A stretch of 64,000 nucleotides of DNA, taken from assembly GCA_036513715.1 (NCBI GenBank), contig DATBYM010000071.1:12630-76629 (forward strand). Reading direction: 5' to 3'. The position numbers and the translations under genes are program-made. Every line of letters starts with the position of its first letter. The stretch's first letter is position 1. Source of the DNA: Terriglobales bacterium. Its GTDB lineage: Bacteria > Acidobacteriota > Terriglobia > Terriglobales > Acidobacteriaceae. Under the pieces are notes generated by a model that was not told the DNA's origin, made no database searches, and saw only the letters and a program-made list of their open reading frames with translations. Positions 1 to 7,614 of this stretch are shown piece by piece.

Positions 1-724
1 CGTTTTACTGATTCTATTTTTTGCGACGCTCATTCGATCGGCATTTGGTTTCGGCGAAGCGCTGGTGGCGGTTCCGCTGCTGGCATTTTTCATTCCTCTC
101 GGCGTTGCCGCTCCTCTGGCGGTTCTGGTGTCAATTACGATCGCCGCGATGGTCGTCATGCAAGACTGGAACAAGATTCATCTGCGAAGCACGGCGTGGC
201 TTGTAGTTTCGACCCTCTTAGGCATCCCGCTGGGCCTGCTGCTTCTGACGAGCAGTCATCAGCGGATGGTCAAGGGCGCGCTCGGCGTAATCATCATTTT
301 GTTCTCGGCCTATTCTTTGATCGGGCGAGCGCCGTTGGAATTAAAGCGCGATAGTCGCGTCTGGCTTCTTGTTTGTGGTTTTTTTGCGGGCGTGCTGGGC
401 GGGGCCTATGGCATGAATGGGCCTCCACTGGCCATTTATGGCGCCATGCGGCGGTGGTCGGCGCAACACTTTCGCGCAACGCTGCAAGGATACTTTCTGC
501 CTGCGAGCATCATTGGAATGGGTGGCTATTGGCTGGCGGAACTTTGGGTCCATGCGGTGACGCATTATTATCTGATCTCTTTGCCGTCCACTCTGCTGGC
601 GGTGTTTTTGGGGAGAGTGATCAATCATCGCCTGCGCGGGGACGGTTTTCTGAAGTACGTTTACGTTGGATTGGCTGGCATTGGAGCGCTCCTGCTGATT
701 CAGGCCGCGGTGGGGCGGCTTTGA
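1..724 (+). CDS. TauE/SafE (DUF81) family anion-exporter-like membrane protein, 5' end cut by the window edge
   Basis: Frame 2 is open from nt 2 (..FGFGEALVAVPLLAFF..) and runs into tracked ORF 65..724. It shows Gly-rich hydrophobic helices typical of TauE/SafE permeases. Confidence 0.85.
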   Translation, partial: VLLILFFATLIRSAFGFGEALVAVPLLAFFIPLGVAAPLAVLVSITIAAMVVMQDWNKIHLRSTAWLVVSTLLGIPLGLLLLTSSHQRMVKGALGVIIILFSAYSLIGRAPLELKRDSRVWLLVCGFFAGVLGGAYGMNGPPLAIYGAMRRWSAQHFRATLQGYFLPASIIGMGGYWLAELWVHAVTHYYLISLPSTLLAVFLGRVINHRLRGDGFLKYVYVGLAGIGALLLIQAAVGRL

Positions 725-1335
725 TGTGTTCTAGCTTTTCTATGTCGGCGACATCAACATTTCTGCGCACTGCCGCGCGCACGTTTCGGCACAGCCTGGA
801 TGCGGGGGATTTCCTGGGATGTTGGGGCGAGAATGAATTTCTGGCGGTGCTGCCTTCGGCCAGACCAGTGACCGTCGCGACGACCGCGGACAGGTTGCGG
901 CACTTGCTGAGCCACTCTGAAGTCCTATGGTGCGGCGATCACTTTCGGGTGGAAAGCGAGGTTGCGCATACGGTGGTGACGGCGGGAGACGACCTTGGAA
1001 TCGGTTTTGCGAGAGATGAAGCCGTCGCACGCGAGCGGCATAGCATGGTGTTGTTGCTCATACATCGGCCCGTGTCTTTGCTTCACGCTTCCTTCAGACC
1101 CCACCTCGCGGTGGCGCCCTTGCGCTTCACTAACCTTTCGTCTCCATCAGACCGGGTAGAGGACTCTCACCTCCGAGCTGTTGAACATGCTTGGCACACC
1201 ATAAAAAAGGCTGGCCAAGGAGGCCAGCCGGAAGATTGCATTTCAAGATGTGAACGCTGCCCTATCTCACTTCATCGGGGCAATTCGGGTTATGCCAAGG
1301 GTCACATAGCGGCACCGGTCCCCCGTGAGTTGTAG
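724..1335 (+). pseudogene. Remnant of a GGDEF (diguanylate cyclase) domain with a degenerate GENEF signature; C-terminal half only
   Basis: The ATG at 724 overlaps the TauE stop (TGATG). Residues ~15-110 (..DAGDFLGCWGENEFLAVLPSARPVTVATTADRLRHLL..RVESEVAHTVVTAGDD..DEAVARE) align to the second half of a GGDEF domain. The first half is absent, and the tail beyond ~1040 is not protein-like. Confidence 0.5.
1203..1229 (-). terminator. Rho-independent terminator downstream of the 49-aa ORF
   Basis: Minus strand reads GGCTGGCC-TCCTT-GGCCAGCC followed by TTTTTT. The 8-bp stem is perfect and lies 33 nt after the stop at 1262. Confidence 0.6.
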
Positions 1336-1411
1336 CTTTGGGGATAGCAGCGTACGCGAATGTGCCCATCAGACCTACCAACAGTAACAACGCCCTGAAA
1401 GAACGTTTCAT
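1262..1411 (-). CDS. Small secreted two-cysteine peptide (49 aa), unknown function
   Basis: This ORF is below the track cut-off. Sequence is MKRSFRALLLLVGLMGTFAYAAIPKATTHGGPVPLCDPWHNPNCPDEVR, with a signal-peptide-like N-terminus. An AAGGAG sits 11 nt upstream of the ATG, and the terminator at 1203..1229 follows. Confidence 0.45.
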   Translation of the reverse strand: MKRSFRALLLLVGLMGTFAYAAIPKATTHGGPVPLCDPWHNPNCPDEVR

Positions 1412-1732
1412 GGGTTTACTTTCTCCTTAGGGTCTGCCGAAAGCTCGAAATAAAAGTACAAGCGTTCGGCGCCGGAATTATACACAACGTTGCAACTTTA
1501 TGATTAAAAGGAGGTTAATTATTGGTTCGCCGAACACGGGACGGACTGCCGAAGGTGCCGAGAATTGATGAGTCCGTCCGGCAGGCCAAACTAGCTGTGT
1601 TTACGCCTGTTTTCTTAAAGTAACGGTTTGACTGAAGGGGCAGGGCGTAGGCCGGTGGAAGGAGGGCGGCTTAGTGACAAAAAATTGCACTTGACAAGGT
1701 TTTACAAAAGCCCAGTTTTCACGCAATTGGAG

Positions 1733-2704
1733 CTAGGGGCGAATCTTCGAACCGGCTGCTGCGGAGTTGGCTCTCGGTCGATTCAGGGATTGGTTCAGCG
1801 GGATAGAGTCGTCCGTTGATTCAAGACTCGAGCTTCGAGAAAACGCGCGCTCCACCATGCCTTCGAACATCGGGATCAGCGAATCGGATGTCACCGGGTG
1901 TTGGAGGTCGGCCAAGCTCTGTTCCCAACGCTGCGTCTGCAAATGGTTGACAGAAGGAGCACGTACGGCTTTGCGCGAAAACGAGTAGGCCAACCAAATA
2001 AAAATAGCCAGGTTGTAGGCTGACATATCGACCAGGTTAAAAATGCTTTGCCTGACAAAGCCACCCGAGTTCAACGCATACATCATCAGATCGACACCGG
2101 CAAAGAGGCCAAAGCCCAGGGCGATGCCAAAACTGATCTGCTTTTTGGACACTCCCAGAAAACGCGAAAACAGCACCAGGAAAAGAATGAGGCCAAGTTG
2201 CACGATGCGCACCGAACGCTGCAAGGTAGTGAGAGCATGCACGAGAGGGCTCTGGTCGAGGGAATTCGAAAAGGCGACCACCACGGAAACCAGCAACATC
2301 ACCACACCCGCCCATTTAAACAGCAGCGTGCCCAGGTCCTTCAGCGTGTGATAGGGGCGGAACACATCGAGAAAAATCTCGTGAATTACCTTGAATCCGA
2401 GCACCGCATTCGCGGCTTCGCCGAGCCAGAACATCCCGAAATACATTTTGTGATTGCCGGCAAACCAGAGCGGGAAAATGGCGGCAAATACCGCCACCTG
2501 CACCACGAGGAACAGGAAAAACACGGGATACTGCTGATGCAGCTTGCGGCGCCATAAAATAAACCCCACGACCGATTGCGAGATCGGTTGTGCGCACCAC
2601 AAAATCAAGACGACGGTATGGATGTGCCAAGTCATGGGCCCGTTACAAGGGGGAAGCACGCGACCAATGTCCGAATTCGACGCCGCCCTCCCCCACATCC
2701 TCAT
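1733..2704 (-). CDS. Polytopic (about 7 TM) membrane protein with a hydrophilic C-terminal tail, unknown function
   Basis: 323-aa ORF with about seven hydrophobic segments. The start is uncertain; the alternative ATG at 2635 gives MTWHIHTVV... Confidence 0.7.
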   Translation of the reverse strand: MRMWGRAASNSDIGRVLPPCNGPMTWHIHTVVLILWCAQPISQSVVGFILWRRKLHQQYPVFFLFLVVQVAVFAAIFPLWFAGNHKMYFGMFWLGEAANAVLGFKVIHEIFLDVFRPYHTLKDLGTLLFKWAGVVMLLVSVVVAFSNSLDQSPLVHALTTLQRSVRIVQLGLILFLVLFSRFLGVSKKQISFGIALGFGLFAGVDLMMYALNSGGFVRQSIFNLVDMSAYNLAIFIWLAYSFSRKAVRAPSVNHLQTQRWEQSLADLQHPVTSDSLIPMFEGMVERAFSRSSSLESTDDSIPLNQSLNRPRANSAAAGSKIRP

Positions 2705-2930
2705 GCAGATTGCCCCACTGGGTCAACCCACTTAGGTAACCTTAGTAACCATTACCTTCTGGCTATCCCGCAGACAGGAGCTGCGGAAAAGATGAGGCTC
2801 GACAACATAACACCAATGGGATGTTGGATTTCCCGGAGAAAAAGGGCGTTCTCGAAAAAGATACACCTCTGACTAAGGTCATACCCTGACCCAAAACGGG
2901 AGTTTTTCTAGCGCCGTGCAATTCCTGACC

Positions 2931-3368
2931 TTAGCCGGCATTATCGGGCGTGGAATGCAGGTAGGCACGCATCATGCGCACTTCATCGTCCTTTTCGTCG
3001 AGGTTTTGCAACAGGATGTCGCGCAAAGAGACGACGCCCCTCAGTTCACGTCCCGAGCAAACGGGCAGGTGCCGAAACCCATGACGCTTCATCAGGGTCA
3101 TACAGGTTTCTAGCGAATCGTTGGGGGCGACGGTCAGAGGGTCTTCGGTCATGACCTGGCTCACCAGGATGCGGGCGGGATCCTTGCCGCCGACGACCAC
3201 TCGGCTCATCAGGTCGCGCTCGGAAAAAATCCCTTTCAGTTCACCATCTTGCAGCACAGGCACGGCGCCGATGTTGTGCTGCACCAACAGGCTGGCCACT
3301 TCGAGCACGGTCTGATGCGACTCGACGGATATCGGAACTTGGTTTCTGAGCAGATCACGGATCAACAT
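2931..3368 (-). CDS. CBS-pair domain protein
   Basis: Two CBS motifs (..IGAVPVLQDGELKGIFSERDL.. and ..FRHLPVCSGRELRGVVSLRDIL..). I chose the start at ATG 3368 because GGAGG lies just upstream; the tracked ORF extends to 3425. Confidence 0.9.
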   Translation of the reverse strand: MLIRDLLRNQVPISVESHQTVLEVASLLVQHNIGAVPVLQDGELKGIFSERDLMSRVVVGGKDPARILVSQVMTEDPLTVAPNDSLETCMTLMKRHGFRHLPVCSGRELRGVVSLRDILLQNLDEKDDEVRMMRAYLHSTPDNAG

Positions 3369-3550
3369 TTGCACCTCCCTTGGACTTGCGCCGGAAGCGA
3401 CGTGGCCGGCAAGCCGCGCTGTCAAAATCTGAACGAAGGGCGCAAAACCGTTTTATCTCTGGACCCGCGGCGGAGTATATGTCGAACTACGCACCCTAGT
3501 CAATCGCTGGGTTTTTCAGGTTTTTTCAGGTGCTTCCCCGCTAGGGTACC

Positions 3551-3911
3551 GTGACCTGTACCGTGAAGGCATCGTGGGCAACGAACGACTACTATTTGGC
3601 CACGAGTCTCGAACAATCCACAACTGCGCCGCTACTCGGCACGACCACCACCATCACCAGCACAGTTCCGGAAACGAATCCGCTGAAGGTGACGGTGTAC
3701 TTCACTGTGACCGAACGGAATGAACGCAGTGACGGGCGATGTAACCGTAACCGCCGCACCCGGCGGGCAAACCTGCACGGGCACGGTTACCGACGGCAAG
3801 TGCGTGTTGGCTTTCACGACTACGGAGTCAACGATACTGGCCGCGACCTACGAGGGCAACACCGATGACAGCACCACTACGTCAGCCTCGTACACGCTGA
3901 CAGTGTACTAG
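3551..3911 (+). pseudogene. Frameshifted C-terminal fragment of an Ig-like-repeat surface protein
   Basis: Two overlapping ORFs in different frames (3551..3868 and 3720..3911). Joined near 3708-3720 they read ..TTTITSTVPETNPLKVTVYFTVT/PNGMNAVTGDVTVTAAPGGQTCTGTVTDGKCVLAFTTTESTILAATYEGNTDDSTTTSASYTLTVY, typical of bacterial Ig-like repeats. There is no N-terminal part or signal peptide. Confidence 0.5.
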
Positions 3912-4032
3912 CGGAACGGGTCGAGGTTCATCCGGTTCATCCTCGACCTCAGTTATCCCCATCCTTATCATGCAAAACGATGGGCTCCAGTTTCGCCATT
4001 AGCGGGACACAACTGCCCCGTTTCTAAGCACT

Positions 4033-4064
4033 GCGCGAGGGAAGGGACGCCCCTTCCCTCGCGC
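4033..4064. repeat. Perfect 14-bp-stem hairpin (GCGCGAGGGAAGGG-ACGC-CCCTTCCCTCGCGC)
   Basis: Read directly from the sequence. It lies in a decayed non-coding patch next to a transposase-like remnant. Confidence 0.7.
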
Positions 4065-4581
4065 ACCCATCCCCGAAATCCCGCCGCAACGTTCCCAACC
4101 TCCCGATCATTCGATCATACTTTGGATAGAACGTGCCGCCGCCTCGCTTCGGACAATCTCGCTTAACGATTCCGAACACTTGCTCCACGATCACCATATC
4201 AGCGTCGCTGCGCTCCGACTGCTGTTCACCTGCGCGCCCCGGAATGCTGTTCGGCCCGCCACTGGAATTGATGTTCACCTTCACCGGAATACCCACTGAA
4301 ACGCCCTGACGGCGGTGCCGACGCCGATGCCCATCGGTTCCGCGACTTCACGCTACGACGCCCCGGATGACAATACGGGCGGGCGGTAAAGAGGGATGCC
4401 CTCACCTTTTTCAAGATTAATTTCATCGGCCGGCGTTTGGCTTCGATCGCGTGTTTGAGACGCAGGCTCTATCTAGCGGGAAGAACTTTAGCCACTGCAC
4501 GTCGTGCAAACTCAATCCTAAGACTTCCTAGCCGGTTCGCCCCGGCGATCGGCTCTTATTGCAAAAATCAAGGCCGCCGCA

Positions 4582-7086
4582 TTATTGCAGAGCACCCTGC
4601 GTGAGCTTGACGGCGCAGTAGTCTTGGCCTCCGCAGTTGTTGGAAAGGGCGATGCCGAGAACCACGACGACGTGATCAGCGCTAACTGGCGCCGGCAATG
4701 TGAGGCTCTTGATTGTCTTCTTGGGATCGATAGCAAACGAGTAACCGTAGAGAAGGAAGGTCTGGGCATCCTTTCCGCCGAGGTAAGTGTCGCGATAGGC
4801 TGTGGTTGCGGCCACAGATTCTCCCGGATAGTACTGCGGCGTGAACCAATCGCTGACGCTCTGGGTATAGGTGGTGGTGGAATTATCGCTGTAGGTGACG
4901 ATAAAGTGTTGCGAGGCCAGATTGCCATTGACGGCGTTGCCGAGAAAATTCAGCGTGCTGTAACTGCCAGCGGGGAGCGTGACAATGGTATTCTGCCAGG
5001 CGCTGGGATTGTTGGTTGGGCCGAGGGTGAAGGTGGTGCCGTTCCACGTGACCGAACTACCGAGCAGAGTATACGAGTACGCGTTGCCGTCGTCATCCAA
5101 TCCGCCGGTGCGGGAGAAGATCTGGCCGTCGGTGTAGATGCCATTGACGTTGTAGGCTGTTGTGGTGCCAACGACGGTTGAGGCAATGCCGAGCTGTTCG
5201 GTCGAGAAGTAGATACTCTCCGCTTCGCTGTCTCCACTGTTGTTGTCGGCCGCGATGCCGCTGGTGCCTCCGAAGTAGCCGGTGGCTTCCGCAGTATACG
5301 TGGGCATGACACCGCCAGTGCCGCTGGTATTGGTCAGCTGCGTATTCACATTCCACATGGTGACAACGTTGGATCCGCCGCTACTGGCGGGTTGTCCCAT
5401 GCCAACGAAGATACGATCATTGGTCCCGTCGTAAAATTCGGTGATGGGAGAGCAGAGTCCGAGCACTCCGCTCGGGTTGACATTGGTGTTGTAGGACATG
5501 GCAGGCGTGGTGTTAACGACGCCGGTGAAGGCGTTGAAACTGATGGAGAACAGATCCTGCCAGGTCGTATTTGTCTGGTCGGTGCCGCAACTGTAGAGAG
5601 TGGACAGAGAGCTCTTTGGGCCGTTGTTGTAATAATTGTTGTCGAAGGCTCCGTAGAACAAGATTGGGGTGGCGTTGGTGCTTTCTGGTCCCAACTCAAC
5701 GGCAGTGCCCGAGGTCAGGCTGGTTGTGATCTGGGTCATGGATGTTTTTCCCGCCGCGTCGTAGGTGGAAAAAACGTAGAGATAGCCATTGAACATATCG
5801 AGCAACGGTCCGGGGCCGGTCGGGTAGTTGTAGATGCTAGCGCTGTTTCCAAAAGTGTAAGACGGCGTAGAAGCAGGGGAGAAGTTGGATATCGTCGCAG
5901 CGGTATTTACGGAATAGGCGTAGATTTTTTCGGAATCGGTGAGGAAGACCTCGTTCAGAATCGGATCGTAAACCGGGCCGCTCATAGCTCCCGAGGGCGT
6001 GGTTTCAAACGTCGTATTTACGGGAATGCAAAAATCCACGGTGGGAGCAACGGTGCTGCTGAAGATATTCGAAATGTGATAGAGAAGTCCGTTGTTTGCG
6101 CTGATGAAGCCGGTATTACCAGAATAGTCCACATAGAGGTCAGAGTGGCTGTTGCCCGCACTGTAAGCAGTGCTGCATCCGGGATAGGTAGAAGCCGTGT
6201 ACGCGACGGAAAAATCGCAGGACGCAGTGGTGGGGGTGCAGGCTCCATTCGAAAAGGTGCCAGTCACGGCGACGGGAGCGGTAGCCGTTGCACCCTGGTT
6301 AGCGACCCATTTGGTTACATGCAAGTAAGAAGTCGTGGCGCTAGAGTTCTCGATCCAGGCAATCTTTGTCCCATCAAGGGAGAGCACGGGCGAAAGGGCC
6401 GATCCGCCAGTGCCGATCGCGTAGGAGAAAAGAAAAGTAGGAGCGGTGCCGGAACAGAATCCGGCGCCGGCGCTGTCGCTGTAAAGATTGGTTAATCCGA
6501 TCAGATTGGCTTGCTTAGCCACGGTGGGAGCGGCATTAAGGGTATAAACGGCGAAGTCGGCGCTGCAACTGGGCGAGGAATAATTAGCGGTATAGATTGC
6601 CGGAGTTTCACCGTATGACATACCGCCGGTGGGACCCAGCGAGATCGCCCAGTCGACTTTGGAGTGCTTGTTCTTGAGACGTGAAATCGGGCGCATCGGA
6701 TCCCAGATCATCCAAGGCCGGAATCCTTGATCGGGTTGTTCCTCGTTAGCACTGACGTCATAGAGGCCGATGTTCCAGTCGGCTTCTTCCGGCCGATTCT
6801 GATCTGCCTCAGGGAGTTGTAAGCCGAGGGCTGCCGCGAGGTCCTTACGGTGTTCTTGCGAGTAGTGGCGGTAGAGGTTGTGGACAAAGCGGGGATCGTT
6901 ACGAAGGAGCATCATCTGTGCCACGGAGCCGTCGCGGGTGTAGACGACGTGGCGGTTGCTCCAATCCTGCGGGTCACCAAGAGGCGACGGCGAAGTGGCA
7001 GAAGAGTTTTCTTGCGCGGACATGGCAAGCGAAATTGCAAATACGATTGCGAAACCAAACACGACGGCTCTTGCGGTACGAAGCAT
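4582..7086 (-). CDS. Large secreted Ser/Thr/Asn/Gly-rich protein (834 aa), unknown function, with a distinct C-terminal ~170-aa module
   Basis: N-terminal signal peptide MLRTARAVVFGFAIVFAISLAMSAQE. The ORF is long and uninterrupted with beta-rich composition. The C-terminal module is ..VTWNGTTFTLGPTNNPSAWQNTIVTLPAGSYSTLNFLGNAVNGN..FIVTYSDNSTTTYTQSVSDWFTPQYYPGES..LYGYSFAIDPKKTIKSLTLP.. Confidence 0.85.
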   Translation of the reverse strand: MLRTARAVVFGFAIVFAISLAMSAQENSSATSPSPLGDPQDWSNRHVVYTRDGSVAQMMLLRNDPRFVHNLYRHYSQEHRKDLAAALGLQLPEADQNRPEEADWNIGLYDVSANEEQPDQGFRPWMIWDPMRPISRLKNKHSKVDWAISLGPTGGMSYGETPAIYTANYSSPSCSADFAVYTLNAAPTVAKQANLIGLTNLYSDSAGAGFCSGTAPTFLFSYAIGTGGSALSPVLSLDGTKIAWIENSSATTSYLHVTKWVANQGATATAPVAVTGTFSNGACTPTTASCDFSVAYTASTYPGCSTAYSAGNSHSDLYVDYSGNTGFISANNGLLYHISNIFSSTVAPTVDFCIPVNTTFETTPSGAMSGPVYDPILNEVFLTDSEKIYAYSVNTAATISNFSPASTPSYTFGNSASIYNYPTGPGPLLDMFNGYLYVFSTYDAAGKTSMTQITTSLTSGTAVELGPESTNATPILFYGAFDNNYYNNGPKSSLSTLYSCGTDQTNTTWQDLFSISFNAFTGVVNTTPAMSYNTNVNPSGVLGLCSPITEFYDGTNDRIFVGMGQPASSGGSNVVTMWNVNTQLTNTSGTGGVMPTYTAEATGYFGGTSGIAADNNSGDSEAESIYFSTEQLGIASTVVGTTTAYNVNGIYTDGQIFSRTGGLDDDGNAYSYTLLGSSVTWNGTTFTLGPTNNPSAWQNTIVTLPAGSYSTLNFLGNAVNGNLASQHFIVTYSDNSTTTYTQSVSDWFTPQYYPGESVAATTAYRDTYLGGKDAQTFLLYGYSFAIDPKKTIKSLTLPAPVSADHVVVVLGIALSNNCGGQDYCAVKLTQGALQ

Positions 7087-7614
7087 CCAGCCCTTCCAGA
7101 ACTCAAGCGAATATGATCATGCTGTCCACATCTTCTCGGCTCCAATCTCGATTAGTAACGGGCGCTATCAAGTGGGATAGGATGTTTCGGGCATTGCAGC
7201 TACTTTTTATAGCCAAAAGATTCGAGGAATGTGTTTTCACATTCCAGCAAATCATCGATGCACAGAAGTACAACGCTTTTGAGCGCCTTTTGAATGTGAG
7301 ACAGGCACCGATTCACTCCTCAATCCAATTCTCGACACCTCAGCTCAGAAAACTGTTCAAAATTGCTCATGATGCCGAGGATCTGCGTTGACGGGTCTGA
7401 CTAGTGGAATATGCCGTCCGCATCGCCCTCTACATCTCCAAAAGCTGAATACTGTCTGCTCCGGAGAACTAAGCGAAATTACGGCCAGATTATTATGACC
7501 AGCCTGCAAACCCTTTGAAATCAATGGGTGCGTTTTCTACGTCGAAAATGGTTGCAGGGGAAGAAAAAAATGAAGAATGGGAGCGGTCCGAAGGAGCGTA
7601 TTTTCCCAATCAGG

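Noticed and set aside
1060-1200. Possible structured RNA on the minus strand (CUGAUGG..GAAA hammerhead-like core at 1134..1153; GAAGGAAGC resembling the SRP RNA domain IV motif)
   Set aside because: The flanking helices required for a hammerhead, or the conserved SRP hairpin with its GGAA-type loop and symmetric bulges, cannot be drawn. This is most likely decayed coding sequence of the GGDEF remnant. Only a cmscan could settle it.
373-1335. 320-aa ORF spanning the end of the TauE gene and the following region
   Set aside because: Its first ~117 codons overlap the TauE gene in another frame and translate to Arg/Trp/Gly-rich nonsense. Only the part from ATG 724 shows domain similarity (the GGDEF remnant), and that part is reported separately.
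4024-4426. Two overlapping minus-strand ORFs as real genes or an intact IS element
   Set aside because: They show only a weak, short resemblance to a transposase/integrase C-terminus. There are no DDE motifs and no terminal inverted repeats, and the frames are broken. I treat this as a possible remnant in the findings, not as a feature.
5392-6495. 367-aa plus-strand ORF
   Set aside because: It is an antisense shadow of the 834-aa secreted-protein gene. It has Gly/Arg/Val-rich low-complexity translation and no start signals.
7183-7391. 69-codon ORF in the AT-rich spacer
   Set aside because: It has a weak SD, no recognisable motif and sits alone. It is kept only as a note in a finding.
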